62,871 nucleotides of DNA, from assembly GCA_043732185.1 (NCBI GenBank), contig JAYTHY010000107.1, positions 1 through 62,871 of the forward strand. Direction: 5' to 3'. Of the stretch, positions 7,259-16,517 are shown piece after piece. The notes beneath the pieces are model-generated. The model had not been told where the DNA came from, searched no databases, and saw only the letters and a list, made by a program, of their open reading frames with translations. This DNA comes from Fibrobacteria bacterium. GTDB lineage: Bacteria > Fibrobacterota > Fibrobacteria > UBA11236. Every line of letters starts with the position of its first letter. Positions within the stretch are counted from its first letter, which is position 1. The position numbers and the translations under genes were made by a program.

Positions 7259-9406
7259 ATGTTAAGATCACTATACTCAGCCATTTCCGGCCTGCGCAAC
7301 CATCAGACGAGAATGGATACCATTGGTAATAATATCGCCAATGTGAACACGGTCGGCTTCAAGTCCTCCCGGGTAACTTTTGAAGAGTCACTCTCCCAAA
7401 TGCTCAAGGGCGCCACAAGGGGGGCCAATGGCGGGGGTGGAACTAACCCCATGCAAGTAGGCCTGGGAATGAACATTGGGTCTATTGATGCCCGAATGAC
7501 TCAAGGAAGCCTTGAATCAACTGGCCTCATCACCGACCTTTCAATAGAAGGCAAAGCCTATTTTGCTGTCTCCGATGGTGCAGGCACTTACTATACTCGA
7601 AATGGTGCTTTTCAGTTTGACTCCAAAGGCCAAATGGTACTGCCCACCAACGGAATGGTATTGCAAGGGAAGATTGCAGACAAGGATGGCAAGTTCCCAG
7701 CCGGTGCCATCATTGGAAATATTCGAGTTCCTTTCAATGATCAAGCGCCGGCCAAGGCCACTTCGGAAATCCAATTCGCAAGAAATCTGGACTCGGATTC
7801 CATGGCTAAAGGCTCCATACTTTATACCCAGAAATATCTGCGTAACGCCACGGCGACGTCCAGTTTGGTGGGCATTTCCGATCACAGCGGCAATCCGCTC
7901 GGCATGCAACCGGGAGACAACCTTACCTTTTCAGCTACCGCGGGCGTGTCCACGGTAAATAGTACTTTTGCTGTTACGGACACCACTACTATGGCAGATA
8001 TTACTGCGGCTATGACCACTTTTTTACGCAGCGCAGCACTGGGAAGCAATTTTGGTACAACGGTTGATATGGTCACGGCGGCAGATAGTGCCACTCAGCG
8101 CGGCGCAATTACCATTTATGGAAATACACTTACAGCGTTCAATAATTTCCAAGTGACAAGCAACCGTCCCGTTACTGGACCGAATGTAACCAAAGCCTTT
8201 GCCGTGCCAACCACCATTCCCGCCAATACACTTAGGCTAGCCGTAGTGAGTGACACGCTCCGAGCCCCGGCCCAGGCCACAGACCTGCTCAGCGATGTAT
8301 TCGACACCAGTGGAAACGATCTCGGATTGGAAAACGGAGATCAGATAAGCTTCACTGGAAGTGTTGGGGCAGAACCCGCCAGTAACGTAACGCCATTATC
8401 CTATTTGGCCGGCGTAGGTGGCACCACCATGCAAGACATGCTGACCAAAATCAAAGATAATTTCCAGCTACCGGATCGGGATGGAACAATCCAGAACAAC
8501 GTTTCGGTCTCATTAAACACAGCAGGCACGGATGATAATATTCCGGACGGTTCCATTGTGATCCGTGGCCAACCCGAAAAAGCTTTTGCCATTAAGGACG
8601 TGGCCATTCGCGCCACGGATTCCAATAACTCCAAACCCTCACCCAATTTTTTCAACACCAATACCAACTTGACCGTCCTACGAGACGCAGCGGACACTCA
8701 AATCGTAGATAGCGCCATCACCGTTTACGATGACATCGGAAAAGAACATACCGTAACCATGCGTTTCATTCCTACTGCTACTCCCAGCCAATGGTTGTGG
8801 GAGGTCAAACTGTCCGGACAGGAAACCATGGTCAAGGGCGGCAAGGGCAAACTCTCCTTTGGTCAAGACGGTTCCGTTTCCTCTTTCTCATACGATGACG
8901 GCAGTTCCGAATTGGAATTCGACCCTAGAAACGGCTCCAGCGATGTCAAGGTCAAAATGAATCTTGGTGGCCCTCGAGACTTTACCGGAGTAACCCAGTT
9001 CCGGTCCGCCACTACGGCAACGGCAGTTGGGCAGGACGGGTATACCATGGGTAGGTTGCGTCAAATATCCATTGGCGAAGATGGTGTGATCTCCGGATCC
9101 TTCACAAATGGCACGGCTAAAAATTTGGCGAAAATCCTGATTGCCGATTTTACCAATCCAGGTGGCTTGCAAAGGGTTAAAGATTCCGTATACACTGCAA
9201 GCTCCAATAGTGGCGATCCCATATTCGGTGCGGCGGGAGCACAAGGTTCCAGCACCATAAAACCAGGTTCCTTGGAGCTTTCAAACGTGGAGTTGGCCCA
9301 GGAATTTACGGATATGATTACTACGCAGCGCGGATTCCAGGCCAATGGTAGAGTCATCACGGTAAGCGACACCATGCTCGAGGAATTGGTAAACCTCAAA
9401 CGATAA
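7259..9406 (+). CDS. flgE: Flagellar hook protein (long form)
   Basis: N-terminal MLRSLYSAISGL..NNIANVNTVGFK; C-terminal LELSNVELAQEFTDMITTQRGFQAN. Confidence 0.95.
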   Translation: MLRSLYSAISGLRNHQTRMDTIGNNIANVNTVGFKSSRVTFEESLSQMLKGATRGANGGGGTNPMQVGLGMNIGSIDARMTQGSLESTGLITDLSIEGKAYFAVSDGAGTYYTRNGAFQFDSKGQMVLPTNGMVLQGKIADKDGKFPAGAIIGNIRVPFNDQAPAKATSEIQFARNLDSDSMAKGSILYTQKYLRNATATSSLVGISDHSGNPLGMQPGDNLTFSATAGVSTVNSTFAVTDTTTMADITAAMTTFLRSAALGSNFGTTVDMVTAADSATQRGAITIYGNTLTAFNNFQVTSNRPVTGPNVTKAFAVPTTIPANTLRLAVVSDTLRAPAQATDLLSDVFDTSGNDLGLENGDQISFTGSVGAEPASNVTPLSYLAGVGGTTMQDMLTKIKDNFQLPDRDGTIQNNVSVSLNTAGTDDNIPDGSIVIRGQPEKAFAIKDVAIRATDSNNSKPSPNFFNTNTNLTVLRDAADTQIVDSAITVYDDIGKEHTVTMRFIPTATPSQWLWEVKLSGQETMVKGGKGKLSFGQDGSVSSFSYDDGSSELEFDPRNGSSDVKVKMNLGGPRDFTGVTQFRSATTATAVGQDGYTMGRLRQISIGEDGVISGSFTNGTAKNLAKILIADFTNPGGLQRVKDSVYTASSNSGDPIFGAAGAQGSSTIKPGSLELSNVELAQEFTDMITTQRGFQANGRVITVSDTMLEELVNLKR

Positions 9407-9430
9407 GCATGGTATGAAACACCACAACGG

Positions 9431-9467
9431 AGGGAAAGGCAGCTTGAACAGCCTTTCCCTTCCTTTC
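9431..9467 (+). terminator. Hairpin, likely intrinsic terminator after flgE
   Basis: AGGGAAAGGC-N10-GCCTTTCCCT followed by TCCTTTC. Confidence 0.6.
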
Positions 9468-9653
9468 ACCCTCTCCGCATCCTCGTTACGCGATTCCAAT
9501 TTGACGAGGGATCCTCGAGGCATGGCCATCATTCCCGGTTTAACGGCATGGTCCTTAGAATGTCGACGAAAAAGTCTGCGAGGGGTTCTACGCGCCTGGC
9601 TGTTGAATTCTCCCAAACCGGTAAGGTAGAATGAGTAGGAAAGAGGTTTGGCT

Positions 9654-9899
9654 ATGATCGAGGTAACCAAACTCGGAGGAGAACGAATTATGGTCAATGC
9701 CGACCATATTGAATGCGTGGAGGCACAACCGGATACAGCATTGGTTTTGACCAATGGAAAACGGTTTGTCATACGAGATTCGGTGGCAGAGGTGGTGCAA
9801 AAAGTTGTTGCCTACCAACGTTTGGTGCGTTCGGGACCTGCACCACGCGTTTCGATTCCTGATCATGAAGAATTACCCGGAACGGCCGTGAGGCCATGA
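9654..9899 (+). CDS. flbD: Flagellar FlbD family protein
   Basis: MIEVTKLGG..VNADHIECVEAQPDTALVLTNGK. Confidence 0.9.
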   Translation: MIEVTKLGGERIMVNADHIECVEAQPDTALVLTNGKRFVIRDSVAEVVQKVVAYQRLVRSGPAPRVSIPDHEELPGTAVRP

Positions 9900-9916
9900 A
9901 CCTGGATTGAGGCGAA

Positions 9917-10582
9917 ATGTCTGACGAAAAAGCAAAGGGCGGGGCTCCTCCTGCTGCAGAAGGTAAAGATGGCGAGGGTGATAAAAAGCCCGCCAAAAAA
10001 CCGATCAATAAGAAAATCATCATCATCGCCGCCGTCATAGTGGCCGACATCGGAATAATGGCGGGATTGGGATTCTTTATCGTCGGCAAGTTAAAAGGTA
10101 AAACGGTAGATCCCGTTGCCGAAGCTCAGCACGAGCAAGAGGAGCATGAAAAGCATAAGAAGGAACAGCTGACAAAAATTGGCAAGGTCCTGCCCAAGCC
10201 ACTCACTTTTACGGTGAACATCGGCGGACAAGTTGAAAGCCATTACCTCAAATGCGCCATTCAGTTGGAATGGGAAGGTGAGGAAGCTAAAGGCGGAGGT
10301 GGCGAAGGCAAAGAGGGTGGAGCCGCATTGGATGCAACCGGTAAGGAAATTGAGAAGCGCATGCCAAAAATCACGGACATTATCATTAATATCCTAAGCT
10401 CGCAATCCTATGGCGAATTACTCAAGCCGGCGGGGAAACAAAAAATCAAAGAAGCCATTGTCACGGAAATAAATGCCATCATGCCGGATCCCGTTCATGA
10501 TGAAAAAAAGAAGGACGAGAAAAAAGAAGGACCTTCCGGGAAATTGACCAATGCCTTTTTCACGGAGTTCATCGTACAGTAG
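9917..10582 (+). CDS. fliL: Flagellar basal body-associated protein
   Basis: Single TM; FTVN..HYLK; C-terminal FFTEFIVQ. Confidence 0.9.
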   Translation: MSDEKAKGGAPPAAEGKDGEGDKKPAKKPINKKIIIIAAVIVADIGIMAGLGFFIVGKLKGKTVDPVAEAQHEQEEHEKHKKEQLTKIGKVLPKPLTFTVNIGGQVESHYLKCAIQLEWEGEEAKGGGGEGKEGGAALDATGKEIEKRMPKITDIIINILSSQSYGELLKPAGKQKIKEAIVTEINAIMPDPVHDEKKKDEKKEGPSGKLTNAFFTEFIVQ

Positions 10583-10630
10583 TCCAATAGATAGCCAGTT
10601 AACCAGGGTAAATAAAGTGAATCAAAAAAA

Positions 10631-11662
10631 ATGAGCGATATTCTTTCCCAAGAAGAGGTGGACTCGCTCCTTAATGCCGTTTCAACCGGCAGCCTATTGC
10701 CTGAGTCCGGTGGAGATGAGGCCGCGCCCTACGATCCCGGAATCGGTGCGGATGCTTCAGGCAATGAAAAATCTGTACTCGTTTATGATTTCCGGCGTCC
10801 GGATCGTGTCTCCAAAGATCAGATGCGCACCCTGCAAAATTTGCATGACGGATATGCGCGCCTTTTGTCCACGACATTGAGCTCCTACCTTAGGACCTTG
10901 GTTGAAATCGATATTGTATCCGTCGATCAACTCACCTATTCCGAATTCATGATGTCCATATCGAATCCCAGTTGCATTTACATATTTCAAATGGAGCCGC
11001 TCGAAGGCGCTGCCATTTTCGAGGTCAACCCAAACCTGGTATTTTTCATCGTGGATAGGCTTTTTGGTGGACAAGGCAAACCTCTGGAACACAACCGGGA
11101 ATTGACTGATATTGAAAAGAATGTCTTGACGAGAATCGTGGAACGCGCATTGCTTAATCTCAAGGAAGTTTGGGAGCACGTAGGTATTTTCACACCGAAA
11201 ATCGAGAGCTACGAAACCAACTCCCAGTTCGTCCAAATCGCTCCGCCTAATGAAACCGTCATCCTGATTTCTCTGGAAGTCAGAATGAAACATGGCTCCG
11301 GTCTTATCAGTTTGTGCTTTCCCTATATGCTTTTGGAATCCGTCATCACTAAACTTTCCGGAGAATCCTGGATATCCGGCCAGCGCACCACGACGCAGGA
11401 AACACGCCGTCTCATAGAAACCGAGCTTTCCTCAACAGAACTCACAACTTCAGTGGCGATTGGCGAAACCAGTTTGTCCGTTCGCGACCTGCTGCAACTC
11501 CAAAGTGGGGATGTAGTGGTATTGGACAAGCTGGCACAGAGTGATTTGGTGATTAAAATCAGCGATAAGCCAAAATTCCTCGGAAAAGTCGGCGTCGTCG
11601 GCAGAAACAAATGCGTTCAAATAACCTCCATTATTGACCGGGAAGTAGGGGAAGATGGCTGA
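10631..11662 (+). CDS. fliM: Flagellar motor switch protein
   Basis: MSDILSQEEVDSLL; YDFRRPDRVSKDQ. Confidence 0.97.
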   Translation: MSDILSQEEVDSLLNAVSTGSLLPESGGDEAAPYDPGIGADASGNEKSVLVYDFRRPDRVSKDQMRTLQNLHDGYARLLSTTLSSYLRTLVEIDIVSVDQLTYSEFMMSISNPSCIYIFQMEPLEGAAIFEVNPNLVFFIVDRLFGGQGKPLEHNRELTDIEKNVLTRIVERALLNLKEVWEHVGIFTPKIESYETNSQFVQIAPPNETVILISLEVRMKHGSGLISLCFPYMLLESVITKLSGESWISGQRTTTQETRRLIETELSSTELTTSVAIGETSLSVRDLLQLQSGDVVVLDKLAQSDLVIKISDKPKFLGKVGVVGRNKCVQITSIIDREVGEDG

Positions 11663-12626
11663 AGACGGACCCCTGAGCCAAGCGGACATTGATGCTCTCA
11701 CTTCGGGCTTATTGGGCGATGCTGGTGGAACCCGTGGAGTGGACACCCGTGCATTGCGTCCAGAAGCAGAATTTGTGTTGGAGCAGATTACCAATGTATT
11801 GGGTGTGCTACTCAATCGCCAATCCACACTAAGTGTAAATGACATTCGGGCTGCCGACCAGGCTTCGCTATCCATGGATTTTGAAAGTGATGCTTTGCTG
11901 GTACGTCTGCCCATGAACCAAGGCCTTCCCGGTGAAATGTGTCTTCTAACCCACAAAACCACCGCTGCCATCTTGTGCGGATTAATGATGGGCGGAGATG
12001 GAAGCGAAGCCTTCAAGGATGAGGATATAGATGCCCTGAATGAATTTGGAAATCAAGTTATGGGTGCGGTATGCACGTCGCTTGGTTCCCGATACGGCAC
12101 ATCTGTTTCCGCAGGTCAAGCGCAGACTGGTGCCTATTCGGCCGATCAAAGCCCATTCCCCTTGGAAGGTTCCGCTATTATAGATGCGGACCTTGCCATT
12201 GAAGGTTTTCCCGGAGCAGTACTGAGACTTTTATGGTCACCGCCGTTGGCATCCAAACTAGGTGAAGGCCCGGACAGTGGGCATTCAGAAGCCGGGAATG
12301 ACAACGACACACTTTCACCTTCGGGCGGATTCGATGTGTCCATGTCACGGTCTACTTCTCAGGCGCCCCCCAATGTCCAAATGCTATTGGATATCAATCT
12401 CAACGTCACTATCGAACTGGGTCGCACACGCCTGAGCATCAGAAAAATCCTGGAATTAGGTCCTGGATCGATTATTGAATTGGATCGCCTGGCCGGTGAG
12501 CCGGTAGACTTGCTGGTCAACGATAAGGTGGTTGCCAAGGGTGAGGTCGTAGTTGTGGATGAGTATTTTGGCATTCGCATCCTTACTTTAATTTCACCTG
12601 AAGAACGCATTAAGCAACTTAAATAG
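11655..12626 (+). CDS. fliN: Flagellar motor switch protein FliN/FliY (CheC-like plus SpoA domain)
   Basis: LSQADIDAL CheY-binding peptide; DALNEFGNQ CheC-like motif; C-terminal LLDINL..ELG..GEVVVVDE. Confidence 0.9.
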   Translation: MAEDGPLSQADIDALTSGLLGDAGGTRGVDTRALRPEAEFVLEQITNVLGVLLNRQSTLSVNDIRAADQASLSMDFESDALLVRLPMNQGLPGEMCLLTHKTTAAILCGLMMGGDGSEAFKDEDIDALNEFGNQVMGAVCTSLGSRYGTSVSAGQAQTGAYSADQSPFPLEGSAIIDADLAIEGFPGAVLRLLWSPPLASKLGEGPDSGHSEAGNDNDTLSPSGGFDVSMSRSTSQAPPNVQMLLDINLNVTIELGRTRLSIRKILELGPGSIIELDRLAGEPVDLLVNDKVVAKGEVVVVDEYFGIRILTLISPEERIKQLK

Positions 12627-12670
12627 GCGTTACATATACGCATACTCATGCTCATACTCAAAAGGCAAAA

Positions 12671-13336
12671 ATGATCCGGAAGTTCGTCTCCATGGGATGC
12701 TTGGTGGCGGCCTGCCTCCTCTCCCCCCCCTCACTTATGGCGGGCGCACCCGTAACGCCCGCGGATCCTCAATCAGAAATATCCGCTTCCCTACCTGCAG
12801 CCGAAAAAAGCCCTCTCGTAGAGGACAAATTCCGAAAGCTGCAAAAGGAAATGGAAGGCGAAAATGCTGATCTGCACGCCCAGAGTGCAGGAAGCAGAAG
12901 CAAGACAGCAGACAACAAATCGCTGTCGTCCCCGGAACCAAGAAGTGTTGTTTCATTGGCCTTTCAGATTCTGGCCGGGTTGATATTTGTTCTTCTCTTG
13001 GCTGTAGTCACCATTCGAGTGCTCAAAAGGCTCCAAGGACGCATGCTCGCCAAACCGGGCAAGACCGGCGGAAACTTCTTTGAAGTATTGGAAACGTGCC
13101 ATTTGGGAACCAATCAACGCGTGGTGGCTCTGCGCATCAATGAGGAGGTCGGCGTTTTAGGCGTGACTCCGCAGGGAATTTCTTTGCTTACCGTATTAAA
13201 AGAACCAGCTTCCGAAGTGCGACAGGCTTATGCACGGGAAAGCAACGCCGCAGCATTTTCTGATAATCTGAACAAACTGCTCGACCGATTCAAGAAGCCC
13301 AAGCGCGTATCCGATTTGTTGGACGAGGTTCAGTAA
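12671..13336 (+). CDS. fliO: Flagellar biosynthesis protein
   Basis: TM segment followed by 'EVLETCHLGTNQRVVAL..VLGVT..ISLL'; lies between fliN and fliP. Confidence 0.85.
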   Translation: MIRKFVSMGCLVAACLLSPPSLMAGAPVTPADPQSEISASLPAAEKSPLVEDKFRKLQKEMEGENADLHAQSAGSRSKTADNKSLSSPEPRSVVSLAFQILAGLIFVLLLAVVTIRVLKRLQGRMLAKPGKTGGNFFEVLETCHLGTNQRVVALRINEEVGVLGVTPQGISLLTVLKEPASEVRQAYARESNAAAFSDNLNKLLDRFKKPKRVSDLLDEVQ

Positions 13337-14112
13337 TGAAAACGCTTTGCGCAAATCGCCCCTGTTCGAATACATCGGCATGGCCGGCACTCCTGCTTAT
13401 TGCTGCGGTAGCCTTACCCCAACTTGCGGATGCGCAAATTCTACCCAAGATTACCATGGGCTTTGACAAGGCCCAAGGCCCTAAAGATGTTGCAGTAACA
13501 CTGCAATTGGTTGCCATGCTCACGGTATTGAGCCTTGCGCCTTCCATTTTAATCATGATGACTTGCTTCACCCGGATTGTCGTGGTCTTGACATTTTTAA
13601 AGCAGGCTTTGGGAACGCAAAACGCGCCTCCAAACCAGATGCTCATGGGCCTCTCGCTTTTCCTGACTTTTTTTATCATGGGGCCAACTTTTAAAAAAGT
13701 GAACGACGATGCGCTCCAGCCCTACCTAACGGAGAAAATCAATTACCAAGAAGCAATTGAAAAAGGCATGGCCCCAATGCGGGAATTCATGCTTAAGCAA
13801 GTCAATGAAAAGGACCTGGCGTTGATGGTGCGCATCAGCCGTTCTCCTACCCCGAAAAACGTAGATGATTTGAGCAATATCACTTTGATTCCGGCTTTTT
13901 GCATCAGCGAACTCAGAGCGTCCTTCATTATCGGATTCCTCATTTATATTCCCTTTCTGGTCATCGATATGGTGGTTTCCTCCGTGCTCATGTCCATGGG
14001 CATGATGATGCTGCCTCCGGTGATGATCTCCACGCCTTTCAAGTTGATTCTGTTTGTGCTCGTCGACGGATGGAATCTTGTCATCCAACAACTTGTCCTA
14101 AGCTTTCGCTAA
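13336..14112 (+). CDS. fliP: Flagellar export gate protein
   Basis: LTVLSLAPSIL..FTRI; MGMMMLPPVMISTPFK. Confidence 0.97.
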   Translation: MKTLCANRPCSNTSAWPALLLIAAVALPQLADAQILPKITMGFDKAQGPKDVAVTLQLVAMLTVLSLAPSILIMMTCFTRIVVVLTFLKQALGTQNAPPNQMLMGLSLFLTFFIMGPTFKKVNDDALQPYLTEKINYQEAIEKGMAPMREFMLKQVNEKDLALMVRISRSPTPKNVDDLSNITLIPAFCISELRASFIIGFLIYIPFLVIDMVVSSVLMSMGMMMLPPVMISTPFKLILFVLVDGWNLVIQQLVLSFR

Positions 14113-14126
14113 GCGGAGAACGCAAT

Positions 14127-14396
14127 ATGAACGAAATGATGATTATAGATTTAGGACGGAAGACACTGATGATGGTGCTGATTCTAAGTGGTCCGATGCT
14201 CGCACTTTCCCTCATCGTAGGTTTGGCAGTCAGTATTTTTCAAGCCGCCACGCAAATATCTGAAATGACATTGACTTTTATTCCCAAACTGGTGGCCATG
14301 GGTATTGCCCTGCTGGTTTTTCTTCCCTGGATGCTCCAACTCTTTAAAGGGTTTTTCGTGGAGCTTTTGGAATCGATTCCCTCCATGTTAAGGTAA
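14127..14396 (+). CDS. fliQ: Flagellar export gate protein
   Basis: SIFQAATQISEMTLTFIPK; start moved to ATG 14127. Confidence 0.95.
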   Translation: MNEMMIIDLGRKTLMMVLILSGPMLALSLIVGLAVSIFQAATQISEMTLTFIPKLVAMGIALLVFLPWMLQLFKGFFVELLESIPSMLR

Positions 14397-14420
14397 GGGT
14401 AAGTCCATTTCCAGGCGATC

Positions 14421-15248
14421 ATGCTGAACGCAATTCCTTCCACTTACCCATTTGCTGGCATTCCCTCGCTGGAACAGTTCACGGTGGTGCAAGTAGAGCT
14501 TTGGTTGCTGGTACTGGTGCGTGTCAGCGTCATGGTATTTTTGCTTCCCATCATTCTGACGGATGAAGTACCCATGCGATTCAAGGCGGGCCTATCTTTT
14601 TTCCTCAGCATTATACTTTTTCCAACCCTTCCTGCCACCACCGTGCAAATCCCCTCCAGCGTGCCTGCCTATATGTTTTTGGCCCTCCGGGAGATATATA
14701 TTGGGGCCGTTATGGGATTTGCCAGTACATTTATATTTGCGGGCCTACGTTTGGCAGGCAGTTGGATCGATGCGGAATCCGGATTCAACATGATGCAAAT
14801 CATGAACCCGATTGCGATGGAAGAAGACACGCCGATTGGGCATTTGCTTTTTATTCTATTTATTTTGATTCTGCTTTGCACAGGTGGTTATGTCTTTTAT
14901 TTGCGCGCCATTGCCGAGTCCTTTCAGATCATTCCCTTGGCAGCAGCCAAAGCCGCTTCCGGAGACATGGTTGCCATTTTTGGACGTATGTCTGCGGATG
15001 CCTTTTTACTCGGACTTAAAGTTGCTGCACCGGTAGTCTCTACACTTTTTGTTTCCAGTATTGGTTTGGCGATCATCGCCCGTATTATGCCCCAGATGAA
15101 TGTCTGGTTGGTCGGAATGCCCATGAAAATTGCCCTGGGTACCATGACAACTGTTTTCGCCCTTCCCCTCATGTTACAGGCTTTCCTCAAGGAGCAGGAA
15201 AACCTGCATGGCTATTGGATAGCTTTGATGCGAGTTATGGGAACCTGA
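14421..15248 (+). CDS. fliR: Flagellar export gate protein
   Basis: Hydrophobic; ARIMPQMNV motif; gene order. Confidence 0.93.
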   Translation: MLNAIPSTYPFAGIPSLEQFTVVQVELWLLVLVRVSVMVFLLPIILTDEVPMRFKAGLSFFLSIILFPTLPATTVQIPSSVPAYMFLALREIYIGAVMGFASTFIFAGLRLAGSWIDAESGFNMMQIMNPIAMEEDTPIGHLLFILFILILLCTGGYVFYLRAIAESFQIIPLAAAKAASGDMVAIFGRMSADAFLLGLKVAAPVVSTLFVSSIGLAIIARIMPQMNVWLVGMPMKIALGTMTTVFALPLMLQAFLKEQENLHGYWIALMRVMGT

Positions 15249-15249
15249 C

Positions 15250-16314
15250 ATGGCTGATGACGTAGATAAAACCGAAGCGCCTACCAGTAAAAAGCTTCAG
15301 GACGCCCGCCAAAAAGGCATGGTGGCAAAGAGCGCTGATTTTAATTCTGCGCTGAGCTTATTAGCCGGAACGTTGTTGGTGTGGATCTTCTCCGATCGCC
15401 TTGTAAATACCATGCGGGGCACCATGATCGAAAGTTTCCGCGCCATCGGTGCATTTGAAACCGTTCCCCAAGACTGGCAAGGTTTGGCCCATGAAGGGTT
15501 CCTTGGCTTGCTTTGGACTTTAGCCCCCGTCGCAGGTGGAATTACTCTGATCTCTCTCAGCGCCAGTTTCGCTCAGATTGGTTGGCTTTGGTCTTTGGAG
15601 CCGTTGGGCCCTCATTTTGGAAAAATTTTCAGTATGGGTGGCCTAAGCAAACTGCTCTCACCAGCCTCCTTTGTTGAAATCGGAAAAAACATTCTAAAGA
15701 TGATCATAGTAGGCCTTATGGCCTATCAAGTATTTGCCAAACATTATGCAGAGTACCTGGAGCTTGCCGATATGAGTCTGGGTCAATTCTGTCATTTACT
15801 CTTTTCCATCAGCCTCGAAGTTATCATCAAGTCCACAATACTTCTTTTGATTTTAGGCATTGCCGATTTGATCTACCAGAAAAGAAAACTTTACAATGAA
15901 CTGAAAATGTCCAAACAGGAAATCAAAGACGAATCGCGACAATCGGAAGGCGACCCTGCCATCAAGGGCAAGATAAAAGCTATGCGCCTGCAAATGCACC
16001 GCAACCTGATGATGAAAGAGCTTCCCAAGGCTACTGTGGTCATCACCAATCCCACGTTTCTAGCTATAGCAGTGCGCTATGAACAAGGGGTAGATGTTGC
16101 GCCCGTAGTCGTAGCCAAAGGCAAGCGACTCAACGCGGAAAGAATTAGGGATGTTGCAAAAAAAAATGGAATTCCCATTGTTGAGGATAAACCGTTGGCA
16201 CGTAGCCTTTTTGATGTTGCTGAAGTGGGAGAAGAAATCCCTCAGGAATTCTTTGCCGCTGTTGCGGAAATTTTGGCCTACGTTTACAGCCTAAAGGGTC
16301 AGACTGCACTCTAG
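15250..16314 (+). CDS. flhB: Flagellar export switch protein
   Basis: KTEAPT..; SEGDP..K; autocleavage site reads NPTF (usually NPTH). Confidence 0.95.
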   Translation: MADDVDKTEAPTSKKLQDARQKGMVAKSADFNSALSLLAGTLLVWIFSDRLVNTMRGTMIESFRAIGAFETVPQDWQGLAHEGFLGLLWTLAPVAGGITLISLSASFAQIGWLWSLEPLGPHFGKIFSMGGLSKLLSPASFVEIGKNILKMIIVGLMAYQVFAKHYAEYLELADMSLGQFCHLLFSISLEVIIKSTILLLILGIADLIYQKRKLYNELKMSKQEIKDESRQSEGDPAIKGKIKAMRLQMHRNLMMKELPKATVVITNPTFLAIAVRYEQGVDVAPVVVAKGKRLNAERIRDVAKKNGIPIVEDKPLARSLFDVAEVGEEIPQEFFAAVAEILAYVYSLKGQTAL

Positions 16315-16441
16315 GACTCCGTCCCTTCATTTCTCCGATAACGCCCAAAACAAACCGGATTAAGGATTACGTAAAGCTTTATTCCCCGCTTTTCGGTTTC
16401 ACCCAGTAATAAAAACCTCAAATCCTAAGGCTTTATTGAAA

Positions 16442-16457
16442 CGGCCCAGTGTTTGCT
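16442..16457 (+). promoter_or_regulatory. Probable sigma54 promoter for flhA
   Basis: CGGCCCAGTGTTTGCT has GG-N10-GC spacing with TTGC, ~60 bp upstream of the flhA ATG. Confidence 0.55.
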
Positions 16458-16517
16458 TTAAGCTTTCCAGCAACCTTATCTTATAAGTATCGGCTGTTTG
16501 CAGAAAGAACTTTAATC

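Noticed and set aside
9414..9629. 71-aa ORF between flgE and flbD
   Set aside because: Runs through a terminator-like hairpin, has no clear RBS and no recognisable motif.
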